Origin: PVC group bacterium
GTDB taxonomy: Bacteria; Verrucomicrobiota; Kiritimatiellia; CAIKKV01; CAITUY01
DNA: 64,000 nt
Assembly (NCBI GenBank): GCA_945890715.1
Contig: CAMDCX010000002.1
Span: forward strand, 11,869-75,868
Reading direction: 5' to 3'
Shown: positions 12,601 through 17,821 of the stretch, piece by piece
Numbering within the stretch: position 1 is the first letter of the stretch
Layout: each line of letters begins with the position of its first letter
The notes under the pieces: generated by a model
What the model saw: the letters and a program-made list of their open reading frames with translations, nothing else
What the model was told of the DNA's origin: nothing
Databases searched by the model: none
Position numbers and translations under genes: made by a program

Positions 12601-13313
12601 AGATTCTGGATAAAGCCACGGATGCTGCACAGGTTGCCGCAGGCCTCCCCATCAGTTTTCTGTCCGGCGATTTCATGGATGTTCAGAAATCTGGGGCGAT
12701 GACCTTGGATGCGCGACGAAAACTCGTGACCTTCAACGGGATGTTTAATGACAGTGCGGATGCCGCCAAAATGAGAGATGTCACCCGCCGGCAGTTTTCG
12801 GTGAGTGATTCCGCGCATATTGCCAATCGATCCGCTTTTTATGGGATTGGGGATGTCCTTCAAGTATTAGGAAATGAGTTTGGGTTGATTGACATCACCG
12901 CGATCAGAGGTGCTGCGGCGTTGCGGCAAGCCTCTGCCACACCGGGGTCGATCAATGTGGTGGCTCACAGTCAGGGAAGCATGACCTTCCGGCGTGCGCT
13001 CGATCTGGTGGATGAGCCGTCTGTCCGGGGACGGATTGCCTATCAGGGGTATGGTCCTGAGATTAATATCAGTCAAAGTTATCTGGGGCTTCAGTCTGCT
13101 CAGAACTTCTGGAATCAGGAGAAGGGCGGCGCCCAACGTTTTGATCGGGTTCCCCAGGCCAATTATTTTCCTTTGCCCGCCAGAATCATGGGCGATCCTT
13201 TTATGATGCAAGGTTCTACGGAATGGCAAGTTGTGGATTCCCCGGGAAATCGGCTTGTCCCGGGCGGAAATAGACATGGGTATCAGGATTATTATGGAGG
13301 GTATGCCTACTAA
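3600..13313 (+). CDS. Giant (3,237 aa) secreted/surface RHS polymorphic toxin: signal anchor, TSP3 repeats + 4 beta-sandwich modules, LamG, YD shell, RHS core, long C-terminal toxin region
   Basis: N-terminal hydrophobic segment VVLAFGIAAVWLVSGVSVA. Repeated DxDxDGxxDxxE (thrombospondin type-3-like) blocks. LamG_3-like segment ending GGLDDVRLYHRALAAGEIQEL. YD repeats from about nt 8700. RHS core signature RTYSAELGRFLQRDPAGYVDGMNLYAYAGNNPLLFSDPYGL. Confidence 0.9.
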   Translation: MRVPISITRVVLAFGIAAVWLVSGVSVATPEWWTSRKVLVTNAIPEDFAPVLQGQVWWLATNAFAEFQGKMPGGAGDEVQHLITSPATSSDFSPVAIGQLKTVGAAFYRRLMGEGVATGYPWGTDDGADFAPATIGQAKSVFGFDLEGAVFSPSISGQIAYPGSQLGLIRVVAVPVDRPCIEAWADIAETGAYHVVSGRGAATWRIEAWRDSDQNARQDAWEACGEYPLNPLTVTSVVSGIDLVLSDPDEDGDGIPGYREIELGLDPDYPFDALVDADGDGLSLADEFRFGSDALKGDSDGDGMGDGAEILNEFSPTTGHTHTRLPFIESFELPAITNGILAGQKQWLSTGGLLAVVSTNPVISGSQTLWLHASTNTGAAIIQPLATHGFDRIWIDYQAIPVWRSANNAPLPAAGSVASFYFNPSGKIVVYDNSWPPGEWMTLTNTPILSRNNAVRLTVQLDYGRRIWGLWLNGTNMLKALPFVGATSELARLRFTGAWYSDTALDQISVTTNAPTGFVADSDGDGLPDDWELANGFDPYEADDASSDSDRDGLTSLQEYTLNLDPRDSDSDHDGWNDGAEVALGNPSVYEDPKWMATLPFDEPFESPVVTNGDLAGQHGWLVSQTNWALVQGEKHVGGSQSLKLTPKSDVTENLFHVVKGPFGGITWTDFWAIPVGRQIAGHPVIQPSTTASFFIDHDGFPVVRDGAEWKIVTNAPVISGTNWHRFTLMQDFSNSVWSLCLDGFPVAVDLRFAHPLTQYTGVRVSGACNAATWLDDLHVTTVAPGDIDSDGDGLPNAWEIAYGFNPSDPSDASDDPDSDGLANEEEYHFGLNPVNRDTDGDGMGDGAEIMRGYSPTNAGSFRCLPFAELFEPTAVTNGTLAGQQGWIVVSSNATAVVQTDMVWEATQALQLGGCTSPVSIFNPVAAVGIPVVWTDLRAKPVFRSVASMPVLDAASVLGLFVNKEGYVVARDGCDWITLTHHQSLMTNVWSRFTTCQDYDKTNWTLYVNGERWATNLAFACPSKEYSGFGVKGPLYRPGFLDAVMVSTNPPLDIDMDGDGLPGDWETLYGLNPGNPSDSWVDSDQDGLSNLDECRLGTNPWLRDTDGDGIGDGAELIVGGVPSLSNEFFRLPFVEGYEAPMVISGNLVCQNGWLASGSNAVMVQSNCVFEGIQALALGSTGMATHVFASDGAPVVWIDFQARLARRLTQAEPIISSNSASAFFINSSGLLVLSGKASSTQRWDVLSSHVPVTTGQWIRLTACLNYPAQRWSLWLNGVRVASELCFANPVVEFSRAQFHGPALSVATLDNLAITTNEPPGLDTDGDGLPNAWEIAHGFDPSDPSDSSDPDCDGLTNFEEYQLGLDPCDPDTDHDGLVDGHDGIMPMGLFPAGVDVTGDGFADGESDFGCDPLLDDSDQDGITDGEEVRMGLDPCHSTIGQGLAAWYKLDETNGIMIADSSPNHRGGEWVGAGSVTGTVGRMDGALQCDGRGDGVMIATTNLLDLNTNFTISVWVCPDSRGTNPVQVIVSQGSAGAMVLNQGKPEFRVLNVPTGLVACAASLPARAWTHVAVVREGDVVSLFVEGKTVSSNRVSGTVPGTAALWGLGYNPGLASQYFAGGLDDVRLYHRALAAGEIQELVVLGGDFDGDTVGNKEELRSGADPFSSPLPAVMAGDLDGDGRVTGRDRDRLVALADEMTRDVTRFSYDAEGNVTRKVDAMGNATEMTYNRNNRLLGTRDANGHLQLNEIDSMGAVVATTDAMSALTRFDYDGFGSVIQVTDAVGKATRMEYNLLGQVVRTVNSRGTAQVTLYDDLGRVECVVAAAGTPEEQRSWSYYDAGDNLVSNRNNIGVINEYQYDACGKMVKQILARGTSGEKVDETIYDARGLAVSRKDSRGYWSHVGYDALARQVSTTDALGHVSQELYDNLGNVISSIQPNGRTVQTDYDKWGRAVRVRDGNDITETGYDVLDRVVSKTDWRGIRAANFYDAVGNLTNAVEALGTPEQSGTVTVYDAGNRPVRRVNANGGSVVTAYDALGNKTSFTDELGYVSRWTYAHGKRLEGYSLPDGTGVTHHYDALDRLVEVRVNGTAQQAYAYDGVSRLTNSIDYNQAGSADDSVVAYDYDALNRVVEERQNGKRIQRQFDTGGHAVAVTYPSGFVLKRSFDAKGRLAGLKNEDGTTTYSAYAYTPNSRIQTITYGNGVVETHGLDSRERLQTLFQQGIHCDLRATLARDPGGNVTLCSQNGGAGDVFMYDSLSRVVARKNLSNVFEESLRYDALGNWLSTSNPVEGSVSRSVNVGNQYDQIGAQSLRYDLNGSLTNWNNRNFIYDYLARLVEVRSNGQVIARYRYDAANRRVGKDTVAGHQAYYYDGDTLIDESTNEAWTRSTIHGGTLDTPVAMVSGGATFYYLRDWRANIAALIDSGGTPVESYQYSLFGRMTVVNAEENPVQQSGFGTIWTFAGRQWDAETGLMHNRNRTYSAELGRFLQRDPAGYVDGMNLYAYAGNNPLLFSDPYGLYRWSHGALDSRVGDWIFEQYGQVREMERQRREYEEALRQAEEERQRIEQENEYAARAFNQYKNAHVGEIKTMVGKYRHLGVNENEAAQLLMSGISSIPRLGATVGPNDTRRGWWLDYYLRGGQVNTTMRDEMRSAGVGTVDEFFAKTSQKETALRDKRKATQQQYTMAAVAIVATVVTCGAGGVLGAALLGTVGVTATTASFGAFVAGAVAIQGVSAAATTMISHGNLSDFAQSWAINSAASVAGYGAGYSAAKAGADLNIQLATQSAASTFVSSGSRATLAGEGFKNVFRDTAISFVAGGMMGTFMKAEGTGSVPANFGEYVNNGASSSFGYLHSPLSGGVQGSLHAAVYGGNMVEAFGEGSISKEALTSYLMASEVSQAAKWMSDQLVSALPNAPRQTAQSREWKATPAAVHSDNSVKRMENSQSWQSRMRNAAIGSVVTVASHLEEIIVAPARAVSEIYSTMTAESWKIRSHVINPFSRSFAGYQILDKATDAAQVAAGLPISFLSGDFMDVQKSGAMTLDARRKLVTFNGMFNDSADAAKMRDVTRRQFSVSDSAHIANRSAFYGIGDVLQVLGNEFGLIDITAIRGAAALRQASATPGSINVVAHSQGSMTFRRALDLVDEPSVRGRIAYQGYGPEINISQSYLGLQSAQNFWNQEKGGAQRFDRVPQANYFPLPARIMGDPFMMQGSTEWQVVDSPGNRLVPGGNRHGYQDYYGGYAY
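4335..7900 (+). repeat. Four tandem ~800-nt intragenic modules (TSP3 Ca-binding linker + ~190-aa beta-sandwich-like domain)
   Basis: Module starts LPFIESFELPAITNGILAGQKQW (4572), LPFDEPFESPVVTNGDLAGQHGW (5394), LPFAELFEPTAVTNGTLAGQQGW (6192), LPFVEGYEAPMVISGNLVCQNGW (6990). Spacing is 822/798/798 nt. Each module ends LDxxxVTTNxP followed by DSDGDGLPxxWE...DSDxDGLxNxEE...DTDGDGxGDGAE. Confidence 0.85.
7915..8515 (+). other. LamG/concanavalin-like lectin domain within the giant protein
   Basis: GLAAWYKLDETNG...FTISVWVCPD...WTHVAVVREGDVVSLFVEGK...GGLDDVRLYHRALAAGEIQEL follows the Laminin_G_3 pattern. Confidence 0.7.
8700..11138 (+). other. YD-repeat shell plus RHS-associated core ending at the predicted autoproteolysis motif DPYGL (11124-11138)
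   Basis: RFSYDAEGNVTRKVDAMGN... repeats run through RYRYDAANRRVGK, then ...GRFLQRDPAGYVDGMNLYAYAGNNPLLFSDPYGL. Confidence 0.85.
11139..13310 (+). other. 724-aa C-terminal variable (toxin) region: charged coiled coil, Gly/Ala-rich hydrophobic segment, C-terminal alpha/beta-hydrolase (putative lipase/esterase)
   Basis: EMERQRREYEEALRQAEEERQRIEQENEY (about 11210-11320). AAVAIVATVVTCGAGGVLGAALLGTVGVTATTASFGAFVAGAVAIQGV (about 11631-11810). Nucleophile elbow INVVAHSQGSMTF with the Ser codon at 12969-12971. Confidence 0.55.
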
Positions 13314-13314
13314 C

Positions 13315-13833
13315 ATGAAAAAGAGGACTCAGTTGACAGGACGGGGTTATGGGGCGGTGCTGGCCGCAATGGCCCTGGTATTTTCCGGTGGATGTGTATC
13401 GGGAAATTATGATCTTTCCCTTACCCCGCCCTATCAAGAGCAAGTGGGGGCTGACTATGAGTTGGCAGAAGACAGCTATATTGTCACCCTCCGGGAAATG
13501 GATGAACTCTTTTTGATCAACCGATGCAGTGCCTTTAGTCAGCCCTTTCCTGTTGATTCCCAGTATATGGGGAAAAGCACACAGGACATCAACATCAAGG
13601 GGGTGATTCCCAAGGGAACGGTATTAAAGGTGACAGCCATCCGGGGCTCCGAGTCGTTTGACGCCGGGCGTACGGTGGAGTTTTTTCTCGAAATGGGCCG
13701 TGCCGCGACGGAGCCACGGCTTCGATTGAATGCCTGCTTTTTAGAGGAGCGAGAAGGCGCGGTATACCGCTTGGATGGAAAAGCTTTCATTCAACGGGGT
13801 GTGGGTGACAAGTCGGGTAGCGGGAAATTGTAA
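13315..13833 (+). CDS. Small lipoprotein (172 aa), candidate cognate immunity protein
   Basis: The ATG at 13315 lies 1 nt after the toxin stop codon (TAA 13311-13313). Signal peptide with a lipobox-like MKKRTQLTGRGYGAVLAAMALVFSGGC. I recognised no family. The earlier Met at 13231 would overlap the toxin by 83 nt and was not used. Confidence 0.6.
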   Translation: MKKRTQLTGRGYGAVLAAMALVFSGGCVSGNYDLSLTPPYQEQVGADYELAEDSYIVTLREMDELFLINRCSAFSQPFPVDSQYMGKSTQDINIKGVIPKGTVLKVTAIRGSESFDAGRTVEFFLEMGRAATEPRLRLNACFLEEREGAVYRLDGKAFIQRGVGDKSGSGKL

Positions 13834-13845
13834 AGAGGGAAGACG

Positions 13846-14919
13846 ATGAAATTGAATATTAATCGGGTCGTGTTGTTGATGATGATAGTGGTATGCGGGC
13901 GATGCCTTGCCTGGACTGATCTAAGTGGGGGTGATCATGGGGGCAGCAATTGGGTCATTGCCGGTGGCGCCACAATCGCCAATAATCATTACGGTATTGG
14001 AATGATGACTATCAGTTCAGGGATGACGGTTTCTGTAAAAGGGTGGGATGGTTCCGCGTACGGAGGGGTTTCTATCAGCGCCAACGACATCCGGATTGAC
14101 GGGGTGTTGGATGCATCCGGAGCAGGTTATACAGGAGGAAATGGAGGGAATGGTGGATTCGGGTCTGCTTCCATCGGAGCTTCTGGAGGATCGGGAGGGA
14201 CCGGGTCCCCGGGATCCGGTCCGTTTGGGGGCAGTGGCGGGGTTTCGGGGAGCGGGGGATATGATTCAGGAAATCCCGCTTTGACCAGACCTGGTTGGCC
14301 CGGTGGGTACGGCGGGATGGGGGGGTATGCCACCAGCGGAATGCAGGGTGATGCCACCACCAATGATGCTGTATTGATGGGTGGTGGTGGTGGCGGGGGC
14401 GCCGGGGGCGGGGCGGGATGGAATCTACTAGGGACAACCTCAGGTGGGGGCGGCGGGGCTGGCGGAAATCCGGGTGCTGGCTGGATCAAGTTGTATGCAA
14501 CCAATACGATTGTGGTGCGAGGAACAGTTCAGGCCAAGGGACTCGCAGGAGCCAGGCAGAATGGCGGGACTGGGCAGACTCAGATGCCGGCTGCTCAAGG
14601 CGGAAATATGGGGTCCTCCACAGTCGCGGGGCAAAGTCTTGGCGGCTCCGGCGGCGCTTCCATCCCGGCGCAATGTTATCCGGCCGGGCTGGGCGGCAAT
14701 GGCGGCGCGGGCGCGGGCGGCGGTATTCTTTTGCAGGCCAGCACCGTGGACACGCTCGGTGGAAATCTTGACAACCGGGGCGGCGGGAATTCCCTGGTGA
14801 ATGGCGGAACCCTGAAGATCATCTATATCACGCTCCAAGGAGGGAGCTATACCAATACCGGCCGAACCTATCTGCAACAACTCATGCCACCGGAGCCGGG
14901 GACGGTGTTTGAATTTTGA
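13846..14919 (+). CDS. Glycine-rich secreted protein (357 aa), function unknown
   Basis: Signal peptide MKLNINRVVLLMMIVVCGRCLAWT. Central ~200 aa are dominated by GGxGG runs (GGNGGNGGFGSAS..., MGGGGGGGAGGGAGW...). Both ends have beta-strand-like rungs (VSISANDIRIDGVLDASG, GGTLKIIYITLQGG). The gene starts 12 nt after the lipoprotein gene. Confidence 0.6.
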   Translation: MKLNINRVVLLMMIVVCGRCLAWTDLSGGDHGGSNWVIAGGATIANNHYGIGMMTISSGMTVSVKGWDGSAYGGVSISANDIRIDGVLDASGAGYTGGNGGNGGFGSASIGASGGSGGTGSPGSGPFGGSGGVSGSGGYDSGNPALTRPGWPGGYGGMGGYATSGMQGDATTNDAVLMGGGGGGGAGGGAGWNLLGTTSGGGGGAGGNPGAGWIKLYATNTIVVRGTVQAKGLAGARQNGGTGQTQMPAAQGGNMGSSTVAGQSLGGSGGASIPAQCYPAGLGGNGGAGAGGGILLQASTVDTLGGNLDNRGGGNSLVNGGTLKIIYITLQGGSYTNTGRTYLQQLMPPEPGTVFEF

Positions 14920-15760
14920 TTTTCCTGACAATCCAGGCGTCCTGGAAAGTATTGTTCCCGCCGGGTTGGTGTTCGAGTAGTTCAGCGCCGGAGGCGGTGA
15001 TGATGTCCTTCATCAACGCCGGGCAATGGATCCCTGTGTACATCTGCGAGCCGTTGTGCCAGCTGGGAATGGCCACAAATTGGCCCTGCTCGAGTTTTTT
15101 TTGTTGCGTGGGACTCAGTTCGCTCAGGTGCTGCTGCCCGCTGTGGGTGCTGAACCAGAAGACTCCGCCCGGCTTCAGAATCCGCATGATCTCTTGGAAC
15201 CACGTGCGGGATAGGCTTTCGGATAAGTGGGTGAAGACAGAGACTGCGTAAACAAAGTCGACGCTGGAATCAGCCAGTGACAAGGGTGGTTCCATGTTGT
15301 TCAGATGGAAAGCAATCCGGCAATCGGGAACCGATTGCGCCCACTGGATCGAGGGCGCAAACATGTCGCTCCCAATGAACTCCATGGCTTTGCCGGTATC
15401 CAGCGCCTCGAGAGCAAAAAGGATTCGCCCGGGCCCGCACCCCCATTCGCAGACGACCCGGGTATCCGGCGAGCCCCACTTCCGGATGACCGATTGGATC
15501 TGTTCCGCCATCTTTTTTCCGGTTGTGACGTAGTATTCGGCGCTACTGCAGGCAATCACATCAAATCGTAGTTGCGGTGGCGGCAGGATCATGCCCGGGT
15601 TCGCCGCGAGGAAGGCCCGATCATTTTCAGAATAACGGCGCAGGTTCTTCCGGCAGACATAATGATAAATCAAGGGCTCCAGACCGATGCGCCGGAGGAC
15701 ACGTTCCGTCAGTCGTTTCAGGGTTTTAGATGAGATCATGCCCCGAATTTTACAGGGCAA
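14882..15760 (-). CDS. Class I SAM-dependent methyltransferase
   Basis: Motif I VVCEWGCGPGRILFAL and post-I/II elements (FVYAVSVFTHL, LKPGGVFWFSTH). The 3' end overlaps the Gly-rich gene convergently by 38 nt. Confidence 0.7.
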   Translation of the reverse strand: MPCKIRGMISSKTLKRLTERVLRRIGLEPLIYHYVCRKNLRRYSENDRAFLAANPGMILPPPQLRFDVIACSSAEYYVTTGKKMAEQIQSVIRKWGSPDTRVVCEWGCGPGRILFALEALDTGKAMEFIGSDMFAPSIQWAQSVPDCRIAFHLNNMEPPLSLADSSVDFVYAVSVFTHLSESLSRTWFQEIMRILKPGGVFWFSTHSGQQHLSELSPTQQKKLEQGQFVAIPSWHNGSQMYTGIHCPALMKDIITASGAELLEHQPGGNNTFQDAWIVRKIKIQTPSPAPVA

Positions 15761-15897
15761 TCCCCTTTGGGAGTATCGTCAAGAGTAACGATATTAGCAT
15801 CAGTATTCCCGTGATGCCCGGGATTGGCTTGATTTTGGCGGGGGGCTTTTGCACAGTGCGCGTGTGCCGGATGAATGGGCACAGGAGGAGATGCGGT

Positions 15898-16473
15898 ATG
15901 ACGGATCAAGACGTGTTGAATGTGTTTCTGGAAACCAAGGCGCTGTTGCGCGGTCATTTCGAATTGCGGTCAGGCTTGCACAGCGACCAGTTCTTTCAAT
16001 GCGCCAAGGTGCTTCAGCAGCCCCGCATTGCTGCCCGTCTGTGTGAGGCTCTGGTGCTGAAGTTGCGCAAGGAATTGCCCGGGGTCCATTTTGACGGCGT
16101 GATTGCCCCGGCTATGGGTGGCCTGTTTGTCGGGCATGAGATTGCCAAGACGCTGGGAGTCGTCTCGATTTTCGCCGAAAAGCAGGAGGGGATGCTCGTG
16201 CTACGCCGCGGTTTTGAAATTCATAAGGGCGCCTCGTTCGTGGTGGCCGAGGATGTGATTACTCGGGGTGGCCGCGTTCAGGAGACGATCGACATCGTCG
16301 AGGGGCGTGGTGGCAAGGTGGCGGCCGTGGCCGTGCTGGTGGACCGCAGTGGCGGCAAGGCACGGTTTGTTCAGCCTACGGTGAGCCTGCTCCAGATGGA
16401 GCCGGTGACCTTTGACCCGAAAGCCTGTCCGTTGTGCGCCAAAAAAGTGACGCTGGAACATCCGGGTTCGTAA
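15898..16473 (+). CDS. pyrE: Orotate phosphoribosyltransferase
   Basis: GHFELRSGLHSDQFFQ...VIAPAMGGLFVGHEIA...VVAEDVITRGGRVQETI (PRPP-binding loop). The ATG at 15898 follows GGAGGAG. The upstream extension to 15730 has no homology-like features. Confidence 0.85.
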   Translation: MTDQDVLNVFLETKALLRGHFELRSGLHSDQFFQCAKVLQQPRIAARLCEALVLKLRKELPGVHFDGVIAPAMGGLFVGHEIAKTLGVVSIFAEKQEGMLVLRRGFEIHKGASFVVAEDVITRGGRVQETIDIVEGRGGKVAAVAVLVDRSGGKARFVQPTVSLLQMEPVTFDPKACPLCAKKVTLEHPGS

Positions 16474-16480
16474 GAAATAA

Positions 16481-16514
16481 AAAAGGCAGGGCCTTGCGGC
16501 ACCTGCCTTTTTTA
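16481..16514. terminator. Bidirectional rho-independent terminator between convergent pyrE and ilvC
   Basis: A-run, then stem AGGCAGGGCC (16484-16493), loop TTGC, stem GGCaCCTGCCT (16498-16508, one bulged A), then a T-run to 16513. Confidence 0.65.
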
Positions 16515-16532
16515 TGGGTCGTGTCGAGGGGT

Positions 16533-17633
16533 TTAGTTCGACAACCGGCCGCCCACGCCCTTGGCATTCTTGGCTGTGGCCTTGACGCCCTCTTTCGGAC
16601 GAAGCGCGCGCACGGCGGCGCCTGCCTGCCACATTTCTGAATTATGGACATCGGCCAGTTTCTTGCCGAGGTACTTCTGGTAGTCCTTGCCGCCGCAATC
16701 GCGGATGACTTCGCGGGTTTCCTGTCCGCGTTTGACCGAGGCATAAAGCTTCTTGAAGACCGGGAGGTTGGCCTTCCAGAAAATCGGGCGCCACTTGAGC
16801 GCGCCATGCTGGGCGGTGACGGAACAGTTCTGGAACATCCAGTCCATACCGTTTTCGTCCACCAACCGGATGAGGCTCTGGGTGAGTTCCTCGACCGTCT
16901 CATTGAACGCTTCGCTCGGCGAGTGGCCGTTGGCGCGGAGCACATCATACTGGGCGTGCATCATGCCGGCCAGGGCACCCATCAGTACGCCACGTTCGCC
17001 GGTCAGATCGCTGAACACTTCCTTCTGGAAAGTGGTGGGGAACAGGTAGCCCGAGCCGATGCCGATGCCGAGCGCAATACAGCGCTCCGTGGCCCGGCCG
17101 GTCGCATCCTGGAACACCGCGAAGCTGGAGTTGATGCCCGCGCCAGACAGGAAGTTGCGGCGCACAGAGGTGCCGGATCCCTTGGGAGCGACCATGATCA
17201 CGTCCACGTCCTTCGGAGGAACGATGCTGGTTTGGTCCTTGTACACGATCGAGAAGCCGTGCGAGAAATAGATGGCGTCGCCGGGCTTGAGGTTGGCCTT
17301 GATGACGGGCCAGACCTTGCGCTGGGCGGCGTCGGAAACCAGAAACTGGATGACTGTGGCCTTCTTGACTGCCGTGGCGATGTCGAACAAGGTCTTGCCG
17401 GGAACCCAGCCGTCCTTGATGGCGCGATCCCAGTCACGCTTGAATTCCGGCGCCTGGCCGATGATGACCTTGAAGCCGTTGTCCTTGAGGTTCAACGCCT
17501 GCGCGGGACCCTGGACGCCGTAGCCGATGATTGCAATGACCTCGTTCTTGAGAACCTTGCGCGCCTTCGCCGTCGAGAACTCCTTGCGGGTGACGACGGT
17601 TTCCTTTTCTCCACCAAAGTTAATTAATGCCAT
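16533..17633 (-). CDS. ilvC: Ketol-acid reductoisomerase
   Basis: IAIIGYGVQGPAQALNLKDNGFKVIIG Rossmann motif and overall IlvC-like sequence (GFSIVY, LFPTTFQKEVFSDLTGERGVLMG). Confidence 0.9.
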   Translation of the reverse strand: MALINFGGEKETVVTRKEFSTAKARKVLKNEVIAIIGYGVQGPAQALNLKDNGFKVIIGQAPEFKRDWDRAIKDGWVPGKTLFDIATAVKKATVIQFLVSDAAQRKVWPVIKANLKPGDAIYFSHGFSIVYKDQTSIVPPKDVDVIMVAPKGSGTSVRRNFLSGAGINSSFAVFQDATGRATERCIALGIGIGSGYLFPTTFQKEVFSDLTGERGVLMGALAGMMHAQYDVLRANGHSPSEAFNETVEELTQSLIRLVDENGMDWMFQNCSVTAQHGALKWRPIFWKANLPVFKKLYASVKRGQETREVIRDCGGKDYQKYLGKKLADVHNSEMWQAGAAVRALRPKEGVKATAKNAKGVGGRLSN

Positions 17634-17821
17634 GTTGCTTTCTCCTGTTTGAAAGGCGTGCAGTGTAGGAAAATGGCGCCGTGCGTCAATCCTGAAAAAC
17701 AGGAGCTTGGGAAAAAAGGCGTTGACGGTGAGGCGCCGCGTGCTTCACACTTGAGCGGAATTTCACAGCGAGAACGACAGTTTTTTTGAGAGAGCGGTAA
17801 CGGTTTGAAAAAGGGGTGGTT

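Noticed and set aside
1-13313. Calling the RHS proteins T6SS effectors or insecticidal Tc toxins
   Set aside because: No VgrG/PAAR/Hcp/TssA-M or TcA-like genes are visible in the window, and the toxin has its own signal anchor. The analogy to TcB/TcC is kept only as a structural hypothesis.
14127-14504. Pro-rich minus-strand ORFs (PPAPPPPP...), plus 14440-14931 and 14075-14437, opposite the Gly-rich gene
   Set aside because: GGN glycine codons read as NCC proline codons on the other strand. The plus-strand ORF has a signal peptide, an SD-like sequence and operon context, so the antisense ORFs are artefacts.
14882-14919. Convergent 3'-end overlaps of CDS pairs (14882-14919 Gly-rich/methyltransferase; 48322-48350 dinB/ispG; 51525-51533 sigma/vapC)
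   Set aside because: They are real in the sequence but are considered ordinary consequences of a compact genome. I see no evidence for antisense regulation.
15730-15897. N-terminal extensions of pyrE (from 15730), mraZ (from 21984), the immunity lipoprotein (from 13231), vapC (to 52100) and ispG (to 49461) as listed in the ORF track
   Set aside because: In each case the family-conserved N-terminus or signal peptide begins at a downstream Met/GTG with better SD or coupling geometry. The extension would also overlap the neighbouring gene or a divergent promoter.
16644-17627. 327-aa plus-strand ORF
   Set aside because: It is antisense to ilvC, which has a clear Rossmann motif and full-length similarity pattern. 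No motifs are present in the shadow frame.
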